Shown: positions 50,651 to 63,345 of the stretch, in pieces
How the letters are laid out: the number at the start of each line of letters is the position of its first letter
Numbering within the stretch: the stretch's first letter is position 1
Program-made: the position numbers and the translations under genes
Assembly (NCBI RefSeq): GCF_963921235.1
Contig: NC_086108.1
Span: forward strand, 11,036,001 to 11,100,000
Source of the DNA: Mobula hypostoma
Taxonomy: Eukaryota
Length of the DNA: 64,000 nucleotides
Direction of reading: 5' to 3'
The notes under the pieces: model-generated
Told to the model about the DNA's origin: nothing
The model's input: the letters and a program-made list of their open reading frames with translations, nothing else
Database searches by the model: none

Positions 50651-53600
50651 CTTCCTTTTTCAATCTTTTTACTAATTTCAAAATATAGAAACAAAACATA
50701 GCAATAATACAAATAGTAGGAGATATATTGTTACACTTAAAAAAATTAATTGCAAAACCAAGTAGTGTAAGTTAACAAAGCTCCCAATCATGTAGAACTA
50801 ACCATGGATAATACAAAGCAAAAAAAAACTGGAAAAAAAAATCATGAAAAAGAAAAAAAAACAAAACAAAAAAAAAGCAAACCCCATCCCCAAAGAAAAA
50901 CAAAATTAATCAACTAAACTAAAAGACTTGGGCAAAACGAACAACTTAAAAATGGAAAAGAAGAAAACCTTAGTGTCGACGACTCCATTCCCCTCCAACA
51001 ACAGTACAGAGAGATAAAACAAGTTTGGAAATGATCAAATTACATCAAATGAAAATGCTGAATGAATAGCCTCCAAGTTTTTTCAAACTTAATGGAAGGG
51101 TCATAAACTGCACTTCTAATTTTCTCCAAATTCAAACACACCATAGTTTGTGAAAACCAATGAAATACAGTAGGAGGGTTAATCTCTTTCCAATTCAACA
51201 AAATGGACCTTCTAGCTATTAAAGTAAGAAATGCAATCATCCTTCGTGATGAAGAGGTTAAATTATTTAAGTCTATCATTGGTAGTCCAAAGATAGCAGT
51301 AATTGGATGAGGTTGTAAGTCTATATTTAGGACCGTTGAAATAATATCAAAAATATCTTTCCAATATTTCTCCAACAAGGGACATGACCAAAACATGTGG
51401 GTTAAAGAAGCTATCTCGGAATGACATCTGTCACATATTGGATTAATATAAGAGTAATAACGAGATAGTTTATCTTTGGACATGTGAGCCCTGTACACTA
51501 CTTTAAACTGTATCAACCTATGCTTAGCACATACAGAGGATGAATTCACCAACTGAAGAATTTTTTCCCATTTTTCAGTCGGTATATTAATCTCAAGTTC
51601 TCTTTCCCACTCAGCTTTAATTTTATTAGAAGCATCAAGACATAAATTCATAATTATATTATATATAATTGCTACTACACTTTTCTGAGAGAGATTTAAA
51701 TCTAAGATTTTTTCCAAAGTGTCCATTGGATATGGGTGTGGAAAATTAGGGGAGACAGTAATTAAAAAGTTTCTAATCTGTAGATATCTAAAAAAGTGAG
51801 ATCTGGGTAAGTTATATTTATTAGAGAGTTGATCAAAAGACATAAAACAATTATCCAAAAATAAATCGCGAAAAGATATTATACCTTTGGTTCTCTAATC
51901 AAAGTAAGCTTGATCCATCGTGGAAGGTTGAAAAAGAAAATTTGATGTAATGGGACTTGCTAGAATAAATTGATTAAACCAAAAAAATCTTCTGAATTGA
52001 AACCATATACGTAAAGTATGCTTAACTATTGGGTTGTTCATTTGTTTATATGATTTAAAAGAAGTAAAAGGAAGTAAAGTTCCTAAAATCGAACCCAAGG
52101 AAAACACTTGTAATGAATTAGATTCAAGATTTACCCAATGAGGGTTTAAAGATGCGTCCAAATCTTGTAACCAAAATTTTAAATATCGAATATTAATTGC
52201 CCAATAATAGAATCTAAAATTCGGGAGGGCGGGCCCTCCCTCCTTTTTAGATTTCTGTAGATACCTTTTACCTAACCTAGGATTTTTATTCTGCCAAATA
52301 TATGAGGAAATTTTTGAACCTACGTTATCAAAAAAAGATTTTGGGGTAAGAATTGGAACCAATTGGAATATATACAAAAATTTGGGCAAAATGATCATCT
52401 TAATAGCATTAATCCGACCAATCAAAGACAAAGAGATTGGGGACCATTTGTTAAATAAAAGTTTAATCTGATCAATTAAAGGTAAAAAATTAGCTTTAAA
52501 TAAATCTTTATATTTTTTCGTAATTGTTATACCTAAATATATAAATGAATCAGTAACCAATTTAAATGGTAAACGTCCATAAATAGGTACATGCTTATTT
52601 AAAGGGAATAATTCACTCTTACTAAGATTCAATTTGTAACCAGAGAAGTTACTAAATTGAGCTAACGGATCTAGAATAGCAGGAACTGACTTCTCCAGGT
52701 TAGAGGTGTATAACAACAAATCATCTGCATATAATGATAATTTATGTATTTCGTTTCCACGGGTAATCCCAACAATATTTGGTGAGTCACGAATAGCAAT
52801 TGCTAAAGGTTCAAGAGCAATATTAAATAGTAAAGGACTAAGAGGGCAACCTTGCCTAGTACCACAAAAAAGACGAGAAAAAGGAGATCTATAATTATTT
52901 GTACAAACCGAGGCTACTGGGGAGTAATATAACAATTTAATCCAAGATATAAATGTCAAATTAAAATTAAATTTCTCAAGAACATTAAATAAATAAGGCC
53001 ATTCAACTCTGTCAAAGGCTTTCTCAGCATCTAATGAGATAATACATTCCGGGGTAGTAAATGAGGGGGTGTAAACAATATTCATTAACCTCCTAATATT
53101 AAAGGATGAATAGCGCTTTTTAATAAATCCGGTTTGATCCATAGAAATAATTTGAGGTAACACCTTCTCCAGTCTAGTTGCTAGAATTTTTGAAAAAATT
53201 TTAGAGTCTACATTCAGAAGAGATATCGGTTTGTATGATGCACAATCAGTAGGATCTTTATTCTTTTTAAGAATCAAGGAAATAGAGGTTTCATAAAACG
53301 ATTGTGGTAATTTACCTAAACTGATTGCTTCCTTGAATATTCTAGACAACTTAGAAGAAATAATGGAGGAAAAAAATTTTAAAAATTCCACTGTAAACCC
53401 ATCCGGACCGGGTGCTTTACCGGAATTCAATGATGAGATTGCAGTTATTATTTCTTCCTCTGAAATGGAAGTTTCTAATGATAGGCAATCTTCGGGTGAT
53501 AGTTTCGGAAAACTCAATTTATTTAAAAAATCATGCATGAAATTAGAATCATGAGGAAAATCAGAGTGATATAAAGAGGTATAAAATTCTTGAAAGGTTT

Positions 53601-54518
53601 GGTTTATCCCAACATGATCAACTGTGAAAGTATCATCCTGTTTGCGAATCTTAGTAATTTGACGTTTAACCGAATCAAATTTCAATTGTTCAGCCAGTAA
53701 TTTACCCGATTTATCGCTATGAATATAAAAATCACTTCTAGTTCTCATTAATTGATTTTCCATCGAGGATGTTAATAATAAGCTATGCTCCAATTGGAGT
53801 TCAACTCTGTGTTTGTACAGCTCCTTACTGGGAGAAATAGCATATTTTTTATCGACTTCTTTAATTTTATCAACCAACAGAAGTATTTCATTGTTAATAC
53901 GTCTTTTCAAACCAGCCGAATAGGAAATAATCTGACCACGGATATAAGCTTTAAAGGCGTCCCAAACAGTTCCATTGGAAACTTCTTCCATAGTATTAGT
54001 TGAAAAGAAGAAATCAATCTGCTCCTTTATAAATTTGACAAAGTCCTGATCTTGAAGCAAAATAGGGTTAAATTGCCATTGTCTGCTAGTACAAGAGGTG
54101 TCCATTAACTTGATGGAAAGTTTCATTGGAGCATGATCTGAAATAGCAATAATGTCATAATTACAATCAACTACATATGGAATCAAACGAGAGTCAATCA
54201 GGAAATATTCAATTCGGGAAAAAGAACGATGTACATGTGAAAAAAAGGAGAATTCCTTATCATTTGGATGTAGAAATCTCCAAATTTCTGAGATCCCAGA
54301 ATCCAACATAAAAGAGTCAATAATAGTAGCCGACTTATTCAGTAAAGCCGGACTACCTATGGATCTGTCCAACATGGGATTCAAACATAAATTAAAATCA
54401 CCGCCCATTATCAACATATACTCGTTTAAATTAGGAAAGGAAGTGAGTAAGTGTTTAAAAAATTCAGGATAATCCACATTCGGAGCGTAAACATTAACCA
54501 TAGCGACCTTTTTATTAT
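50651..54518 (-). mobile_element. Young 5'-truncated L1-clade LINE
   Basis: Probable 20-bp TSD TTATTTATCTATTTATTTAT at 50631-50650 and 54519-54538; 3' end AGTAAAAAGATTGAAAAAGG. Confidence 0.93.
51040..54501 (-). pseudogene. L1 ORF2 (partial APE endonuclease, RT, zinc knuckle) with one in-frame TAG at 51895-51897
   Basis: NVYAPN, GGDFN, SDHAP, SLDAEKAFDRVEW, GTRQGCPLSPLLF, YADD, CDRC..THMFWSC; the 868-aa and 272-aa ORFs share a frame. Confidence 0.95.
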
Positions 54519-55611
54519 TTATTTATCTATTTATTTATTTATTTATTTATTTACCCACCTCTTTCTTTCTCTCTCTTTTTTCTCCTTCTGTTCCTCTCAC
54601 TATACCTTCCACTGATGCTCCCCTCCCCCTTTCTTTCTCCCTAGGCCTCCCGTCCCATGATTCTCTCCCTTCTCCAGCCTGGTATCCCTTTTGCCAATCA
54701 ATTTTCCAGTTCTTAGATCCATCCCTCCCCCTCCTGTCTTCTCCTATCATTTTGGATCTCCCCCTCCCCCTCCCACTTTCAAATCTCTTACTATCTCTTC
54801 TTTCAGTTAGTCCTGATGAAGGGTCTCGACCCGAAACCTCGACTGTACCTCTTCCTAGAGATGCTGCCTGGCCTGCTGCGTTCCACCAGCATTTTGTGTG
54901 TGTTGCTTGAATTTCAAGTATCTGCAGATTTCCTCGTGTTTGCGGCTTTACTATGGGAACAGTTTGGTGATGAACAGTAATTCTTAACATTTCACAAGCA
55001 TCTCAATAGAGGAATGTAAGCATTTTGCGCAATGTGGCCTCTAGAAGGCTGAAGCTGAAGAATAACACATGGGTGTCATTATCTTCTTCATCTCCCTTCT
55101 GTTAGTTCCAGGTTTGGTTTTAGCTTTGCTTCTCACCATGGCCACAATATTGGCAAAGCTGCTTTCTTCAGCCTTAGAATGAAATTTTGGCTTAGTTTTG
55201 TTTACACTCTTGCTTACTGCAGGTGATGTAGTGTCCTGTATATATCCAAACACCGGGTGTGTAGCAATCTCTACTTGTCTTTTGTTACAATGAATGTCAT
55301 GCAGATTGAAGAGGATGTGGACACGGTAACACGTATATTCCATCACATCTTGTCTTGGATCTATTTGAGTAATACAATGGCTTACATTCTTAGATTTAAG
55401 AACCTGCTCCTGTTTCTTAGTTGGAAGAGGAATCAATTGAATATTGTTTTTATGCAGTCTGAGTCGGATGAAGAACAGCAAGTGTATTCTTTGGGGAAAG
55501 AGACTGAGAAGGCTAAATTGGCCGAGATTATCTCTTACTGGTGGATCTCTGTAAGGCTGAAATAGAAATTGTTGTTTTTTTGTCAAAGAAAGAGAAATCC
55601 AGATGAATTCT

Positions 55612-56430
55612 AAACACAAAATACTCTGCAGATGCTGGGGTCAAAGCAACACTCACAACACACTGGAGGAAATCAGCAGGTCGGGCAGCATCCGTGGAAA
55701 CGATCGGTCGACGTTTCAGGCCGGAATCTTTCGTCAGGACTGTCAAGGGAAGGGGCAGAGAAGGTGGGGGGAGGGTGGGAAGGAGAAGGCTGGTAGGTTC
55801 CAGGTGAAAAACCAGTAAGGGGAAAGATAAAGGGGTGGGGGAGGGGAGGCAGGGAGGTGATAGGCAGGAAAGGTGAAGAAGAAATAGGGGAAAACACAAT
55901 GGGTAGTAGAAGGAGGCGGAACCATGAGGGAGGTGATAGGCAGCTGGGGGAGGGGCAGAGTGAAATAGGGATAGAGGAAAGGAGGGGGAGAGAATTACTG
56001 GAAGTTGGACAATTCTACGTTCATACCAAGGGGCTGGAGACTACCTAGACAGTATTTGAGGTGTTGCTCCTCCAACCTGAGTTTAGCCTCATCATGGCAG
56101 TAGAGGAGGCCATGTATGGACATATCCGAATGGTTATGCAAAACTCCCTTATGGTTCCACCTCCTTCTACTACCCATTGTGTTTTCCCCTATTCCAACTT
56201 TTCCTGCCTATCACTTCCCTGCTTCCCATTCCCCACCCCTTTATCTTTCCCCTTACTGGTTTTTCACCTGGAACCTACCAGCATTCTCCTTCCCAACATC
56301 CCCCCATCTGCTTTATAGGGCCTCTGCCCCTTCCCTCTGCAGTCCTGATGAAGGGTTCCAGCCCAAAACGTTGACTGATTGTTTCCACGGATGCTGCCTG
56401 ACCTGCTGAGTTCCTCCAGTGTGTTGTGAG
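55612..56430. mobile_element. PLE insertion with inverted arms (second PLE subfamily) inside BEL pol
   Basis: Perfect 14-bp TSD TCCAGATGAATTCT at 55598-55611 and 56431-56444. Confidence 0.88.
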
Positions 56431-56789
56431 TCCAGATGAATTCTCATTTGCAAAGGGGAGAAAGTCTGAGGAAGGTCCTCAATTCTACAATGAAGAATCT
56501 TGATGAAGAGGGTTTTCACACAGTCCTTTGTGAAGTAGAGGCTATTATCAATGGTCATCCAATTCCTAAAGTATCCTCTGATCCCAGTGATTTAGAAGCA
56601 CTAACACCCAACCACCTGTTGCTTCTGACGATCTCATCATATTTAACACCAGGAGAGTTCCAAAAGGAATATGTTTATGCTTGTCACAGGTGGAAGCAAA
56701 TCCAATATATGTCAAACTTGTTTTGGAAATGTTGGGTTGAGGAGTATTTACCATAGTTACAGGAATTTCAGAAATATAAAGTGGGGCAG

Positions 56790-57225
56790 TTCCACTCTTG
56801 ACCTCAGAAGTCCGGGTCCAGTGGTATGAACAAGCGTTACAAACTGGAGTCTTCCTTGGTTGCAGTGGATGACCATGATGTCTTCTGTGCCTTGTTATGC
56901 CCTTCGTCTCCACGGAGCATTGCGGAACCGCCTTCCTGGCCGTTAGATCTCCCTGTAGATCTCATCCACCTAGTCCGCCGGAGCCGACTTCTCGTGCTGG
57001 TCAGGCATGTCCCTGTCTCACCGGTATACAGCCTGCCTGTTGAAGCAGTATACTGGGATGTGGCTGCTGCCACATGCAAACAACTGTTAGGAAGAACAGG
57101 TGAGAGCTGAGTGCCCAGAGGGATCCAGAGGTGAGTGAGCCGCTCTGGAATGGACACGAGAAGCCCCTAAGCCCCTTCACCAGAGGCGATACCCCTCCTT
57201 GGACACCACATACCACACAGGTTCA
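56790..57225 (-). mobile_element. Non-autonomous RTE-derived element
   Basis: 5' CTGGTGAAGGGGCTT..GTGTCCATTCC resembles BovB/RTE leaders; no TSD resolved. Confidence 0.5.
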
Positions 57226-57764
57226 GCGTAAATGGGTCAACTTAGAACCTGTGGGTCGAAGTGCCTACTTCTGTACTGTCACTCTCTGTGGCTTTAGCCA
57301 CAGGAAACAGGAGCTTGGCTCACCTCTTCTAATCCCAACTGGCCTCTAGTCCCTAATGTCCAGGAAAAGGGGAAGGTAATACTTGAGGTTCCAGGTGGCT
57401 GTATGTCCAGAAGCTACGGTTACGATGTTACCTACTATATTGGTATCCAATTAACACAGATAACGCTCTTCCACTCTGTTGGGTGGCCTGGCAGAGTAGT
57501 GGTTAGCACAACAGTTTCAAGTACGAGAGACCCAGATTGTTTAATCTGGAAGGAGTTTGTATGTTCTCCCTGTGACCGCGTGGGTTTCCTCTGGGTGCTC
57601 CAGTTTCCAACCACAGTGCAAAGACGTACCAGTTAGTAGGTTAATTGGTCATTGTAAATTGTCCTGTGATTAGGCTAGGGTTAAATCAGGAGATTGCTAA
57701 GCAGTGTGGCTCGAAGGACCGGATGGGCCTATTCTGCTTTGTATCCCAATGGGTAAATAAATAA

Positions 57765-58640
57765 AGGGTGTAATGTTGAGACTTTATAAAGCACTGGTGA
57801 GGTCTCACTTGGTGTATTGTGAGCAGATTCGGGCCCCCTATCTTTAAAAGGATGTGCTTGGAGAGGCTCAAAGGAGGCATGTGAAAACAATTCCAGGATT
57901 GAATGACTTGTCATATGAAGAGGGTCTGATGGCTCTGGGCCTGTATCACTGGAATTCAAAAGAACGAGGGGTGACCTCATTGCAACCCATTGAATGTGGA
58001 AGGCCTCGATAGAGTGAATGTGGAGAGGATGTTTCCTATGGTGGGGGAGTCTAAGACTTGAGGACACAGACTCAGAATTGAGGGGTGTCCTTTTAGAACA
58101 GAGATGAAGAGGAATTTCTTTAGCCAGAGAGTGGTGAATCTGTGGAATTCTTTGCTATGGACAAAGAATTGTGTATTGTGAGCAGTTTTGGGCTTCTTAT
58201 CTAAGAAAGGATGTGCTGACACTGGAGAGGGTCGAAAGAAGGTTCACAAGAATGATTCCAGGAATGAAAGGGTTAATGTGTGAAGAGAATTTGATAGCTC
58301 TAGGCCTGTATTTGCTGGAATTTAGAAGAACGAAGGAAGATCTCATTGAAATCTATCAATATCGAAAGGCCTAGATAAAGTGGTTTTGGAGAGGATGTTT
58401 CCTATAGTGAGGGTGTCGCGGACCAGAGGCGCCGGATAGAGGGACGTCCATTTAGAAAAGAGATGAGGAGGAATTTCTTTAGCCACAATGAGTCTGTGGA
58501 ATTCATTACCACAAACGGCTGTGGAGTTCAAGCAATTGGGTATATTTAAGGTGGAGATTGATAGGCTCTTGAAAAATCAGGGTGTCTGAAGTTGCGGGGA
58601 GAAGGCAAGAGAATGGGGTTGAGAGGGATAATAAATCAAA
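57765..58640 (+). mobile_element. Two tandem CR1 3' fragments
   Basis: YCEQFWASYLRKDVLTLERV..ALGLYLLEFRR-type segment present twice. Confidence 0.8.
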
Positions 58641-59830
58641 GAGAAACCAGTTTTTACCGGGCATCTCTAGAGACGCGGCTCGTTAGCCGCTAGCTAACAG
58701 CCACCAAAATAGCGATGAGAAAACCACCATTCTCAAACACCGTAAGTCCAGGGTTGGTATGACATGGGTCCCACCAAACCCTTGAGGGGCTATCTCGCCC
58801 ACCCGAACCCTGATCTGTGCAAATACTGTGTAAGTACTGCCCCCGCACAATTAGCTGTTGGCAAGAAATGCAATTAGTAGGAAAGCATATTTACAAATTT
58901 CAGCTTTATCGAACAGTTGGTAGGGAAGAGAAAAGAAAAAATAAATTAGAAATGGCTCATTGCAGTTAACCCAGTCCAAATGTGCACATAAGTTGGAGCT
59001 CATATCATATATTTATTTATTTATTTGCAGAGTTGTGTTTCACTGATAACTTGTACACTTTTGTTGTCTGGTATGTACAAGGACCAGATCCTGAGTCCAT
59101 TGAAATCTTCAGACAACCATGTCTTCTGCTGGGCCAACACTGGGAGGGGCAGTACCAGGTGCTGTGCCACACTCTCCCTGGTGTGGCCCACAAGCTCTGT
59201 CACCCCTGAGCACAAACTGTGCGCCTCAGTCACTTTCCACGCATTGATTAATTGAAATCCCACTTCCTTCCACCAGGCTTCCTTAATATTAATATAACCC
59301 ATTCTCACACACACGCAGTGAGCTAATGGATTCAGTTCAAAACACAGTGGCGAGTTTATTAAAAAAAATTGCCAAGCAGCTAATGAGTGGAAAGAAGATG
59401 AATGCTGGAGAGCTCAAATCCAGTTTAATCTTCATCATACAGTAAACTCATCCAGCCTTTGGGAACACTTTTACAATTTAATTTTGGTAAATATTTTCTG
59501 TTGACTTTGGCTCGGGTTGGGATGCTAGCTGGTGTGTGAGATGGCTGGGTGCCCGGTCTTGGCCATGTTTCTCGATCAGAGAACCTGGGATATATCTGCA
59601 CAGGGGCTAGTCTGGATGCAGCTGTACTGGTCCCGTGCACGCGGGCCAGCCGAGGAGGCTTCCCTGCAAGCAAACAGCCATGTAGTCTTCTGCATGGTGA
59701 GGGCTCCTCAAACAGGTAATTCACTGCCCTGGTGGCTCTCCGGTGCCCCCTGCTGGGTGGTGTCTGAGACAGGCATGGGGTCTAGGTCTGACTGCACGGA
59801 AGGAAAATCAGAATCAGGTTTATTATCGCA

Positions 59831-60051
59831 AAACACGAGGAAATCTGCGGATGTTGGAATTCCAAGCAACACACATAAAATTGCTGCCGAACGCAGCAGG
59901 CCAGGCAGCATCTATGGGAAGAAGTACAGTCGACGTTCCGGGCCGAGACCTTAGTCCTGACGAAGGGTCTCTGCCCGAAATGCCGACTGTACCTCTTCCT
60001 ATAGAAGCTGCCTGGCCTGCTGCGTTCACCAGCAACTTTTATGTGTGTTGC
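59831..60051. mobile_element. Foldback PLE mini-insertion
   Basis: TSD TCAGGTTTATTATCGCA at 59814-59830 and 60052-60068; inverted pLTR arms flank a hammerhead-like segment at 59953-59988. Confidence 0.85.
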
Positions 60052-60316
60052 TCAGGTTTATTATCGCAGCCATATGTTGTGAAATCTGTTGTGTTGTCAC
60101 TGTAGTTCAATAAAATACATAAAATTTACAATACAGTGCAATAAGAAAAGAAGTACAGCCCAGGGACAGGCCCACTTAGTCCATGCTGAACCATCTAAAC
60201 TGCCTACTCCCATTGACTTGCACCAGGACCATAGCCCTCCATACCCCTACCATCCATATACCTACCCAAATCTCTCATAAACGTTGAAACCGAGCTGACC
60301 ATGCCTTAGTACCACT

Positions 60317-63300
60317 CTTTTTCTTACAAAACTATAAAAGTTTATTTACATCGCAAATACACAAGGTACAAATATTCAGTATTTACAAGACAGTGAGTAC
60401 ACTCTGGATAAAATATGGTTCTATTAAACAGTCAATGCCCCACTCCCAGAAGTGGCCCCACCGCTCCCGGGAATTCCCCACTGTACCCATCGCGACCGCG
60501 TGTTCCTTCTCCAAGGACAGCCGGGCATGAACGTATCCTCAGAAAAGGGGCAGGCAATCGGCCCGGGCAGCACCCTCGACTTTCTGCCACATGGACCCGT
60601 GAATGTCCATCTTGGCCAGGCTCAGGAGCAAACCTACCAGCAGATCCTCCTTGCGACTCGCACCTTTCCGTGCTGGGTACCCATATATGAGGAGCACAGG
60701 GCAGAAATACAACCAGAACCTCAGCAGCAGCCCCCCTGAGAAACTCAGGGGCTGCAACCTCTCACACTACATATAAGCGTGATCTACTGACTCCTCATGG
60801 CCACAGAATGGACAGGTGGACAGTGTGTCAGTGAACCTGTTGTATGGTACTGCCTGATGGAATACCTTCCACCACAGGTCCCCATGTACAGGGGAAGGAC
60901 CCCTGTGTATAGAGATTTCCACTGGGAACTTCCTCCACTGCCAGATGGTAAATCAGTCTGCTAAGGTGAGTCCGGTCGGCAGACGAAGGTGAGGAAGTGA
61001 AAGGTGTGCAGGAGCAGCCCGTACAAGAAACACTTTGGAGTTTCAAGGAACGGCAGGTGGGCGTCCCCGCGAGACGGCTCACGTTGTGCGGGACCCTCTC
61101 GCGCGTGGTCTCCCAAGGCCTGCGTCTGACAGCACATCAGGTGGTGAGGCTGACAGAATGCCTCCACGTCCCTGAGCCCCACTGACACTCACCGAAATAG
61201 GATCGGGACCAGCTCCCCCAGCAGCAGGAAGAGCACCGTCCATCGCAAGAGCACCCTGCCCGAATGAGGCCAGACCCCAAACCCTCCACCGTTCCCGGTA
61301 GAAGCGAAGCAGTTCCCTCAGAGCGGCACGGATGATGCCATCCACCGGGATTTGCATGCCCTCCTGCAGGCAATGCCCCCGGCGGAGAAAGTGCGGGCCA
61401 CCTCGGAGGGTGGTGACAGTCCTGAGCTGGAGAGCCGCCAGCTGGGTGCGCACGCACATCAGGACTGGCCCGCCCACTGCGATCGGAACACTCAGGACCG
61501 CTGCAGAGACCCAAGGCCTCCTGTTGCCCCAGAAAAAGTCCACCAGCCTCTTCTGGGTCCTGGATGCAAACGCCATGAGTGGGACCAATGCAGTCAGCCG
61601 GTACCACACCACAGAGGTGACCAGCTGATTTATCACTAACGCCCTCCCCCGGTACGAGATCTCACGAAGGAAGCCTGACCAGCACCCCAGCCGGGAGAGA
61701 TCTTCATCTCCAGATCCCACCAGTTCACCGGCCAGGCCTCCTCTGTCGAGCTCAGGTAGACCCCCAAGTAGAGGAGGTGTGTGGTGCTCCACGCAAATGG
61801 CCTCAACCCCTCCGGTAGGGGTCCACCTGCCACTGACCCACCAAGAGGGCCGCACTCTCCTCCCAGTTGACCCTTGCAGAGGACGCAGCCCAGGAGACCT
61901 GCTGGAGATCTCGCATCCTCTACAACCAACCAGGTTGGTGACCATAAGGAGGATGTCATTGGCATAAGCAGAAAGTACAACCTCCATGACTGGTTCATGT
62001 AGAACCAAACCCATTAACCTCATGCAGAGAAGGCACAGGAATAGCTCCATGCAAACCAACTGTCCCATCATGGGACACCCCTGACGCACTCCCTCCCAAA
62101 GCACAAGGGTGCTGCCAAGGACCCATTGATCTTAACTAGGCACTCTGCGGCAGTGTACAGCAGTCAGACATGGGCCATAAAATGCTTGCAGAGACCCAAA
62201 AAGGTACTCATGGTCCACCCTGTCAAATGCCTTCTCATGGTCGAGGGATAGAAGAGCAAATGACATTCCAGCCTCCTGGCACAGGTCGATCAGATCCCGG
62301 ACAATGTGGATATTGTCCTGGATCAACTGCCCCTGGACCGTGTAGGACTGGTCAGGGTGGACCACTTGTGCCAGCATGGAGAACCAAACGATTGGCCATT
62401 GCCTGGGCAAAGGCCTTGTACTCCACAATGAGGAGGGACACTGGGCACCAATTCCTCAGGCAACGGAGATCCAACAGCAGCCAGAGCACCGTCCGTCACA
62501 GGAGCACCCAGCCCAGATGAGACCAGACCCCAAACCCTCCACCGTTCCCGGTAGAAGCGAGGCAGTTCCCTCAGAGCGACACGGCAGACGCAGCCCGCTG
62601 GGATTAGTGTCCCCCCCTGCAGGCAGAGGCCCCGGCGGAGAAAGTGCATCGCCAGCCCGTGCCATCTCGGAGGGTGGTCACACTACCGGTATCTCTGCAG
62701 GGTCCCGAGGTGGAGAGCCACCAGCTGGGTGCGCACGCACATCAAGGACTGACCACCTCCCGCAATTGGAACACTCAGGACCGCTGCAGAGACCCAATGC
62801 CTCCTGTTGCCCCAGAAGAAGTCCATCAGATTCTTCATGGTCCTGGATACAAACACCGTGTGTGGGACTAAAGTAAGCAGCCAGTACCATATTACTATTA
62901 TAAACCAGCTGATTTATAACTAATACCCTCCCCCGGCATGAGATTGCACAAAGGAGGTCTAAACAGCACCCCAGCCAGGCAGAGATCTTTGTGTCCAAAT
63001 CCCACCAGTTCACCGGCCAGGCCTCCTCCGTCGAGCTCAGGTAGACCCCCAATTAGAGGAGGTGTGTGGTGCTCTACGCAAATGGACTCAACCCCTCCGG
63101 TAGGGATCCACCTGCCACTGACCCACCAAGTGGCCCGCACTCCCCTCCCAGTTGACCCTTGCAGAGGACGCAGCCGAGGAGACCTGCTGACAGTCTCGCA
63201 TCCTCTGCAAGTCATCCGGGTCGGTGACGATAAGGAGGATATTATCAGCGTAAGCCGACAGGACGATCTCCATGTCTGGTTCACGTAGAACCAAACCCGT

Positions 63301-63345
63301 TAACCTCTTGTAGAGAACGCACAGGAATGGCTCCATGCAAACCAA
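60317..63345 (-). mobile_element. Tx1-clade LINE ORF2 remnants with an internal duplication
   Basis: VVHPDQSY..IQDNI, SLDHEKAFDRVDH, GVRQGCP, SAYADN, GRALVINQL, CPFCG knuckle; AATAAA near 60345. Confidence 0.88.

Larger units (their letters stand above)
49404..54943 (+). mobile_element. Penelope-like element with an inverted 5' pLTR piece, split by an L1
   Basis: 10-bp TSD GGCTTTACTA at 49394-49403 and 54944-54953; RT/GIY-YIG at 49550-50590; pLTR resumes at ~54540. Confidence 0.92.
47608..56780 (+). mobile_element. Fragmented BEL/Pao LTR retrotransposon
   Basis: Gag FDGNPLQYHAF..TGGHPKELVR..KAKALL continues as WEQFGDEQ across the PLE TSD; pol SWIYL..AYILRFK; integrase tail LCEVEAIING..LEALTPNHLLL..FWKCWVEEYLP; no LTRs resolved. 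Confidence 0.85.

Noticed and set aside
58740..59315. Possible additional solo LTR
   Set aside because: Termini and TSD could not be resolved
59708..59791. Possible terminal exon SDLDPMPVSDTTQQGAPESHQGSELPV*
   Set aside because: The acceptor abuts a repeat; no upstream exon or homology supports it
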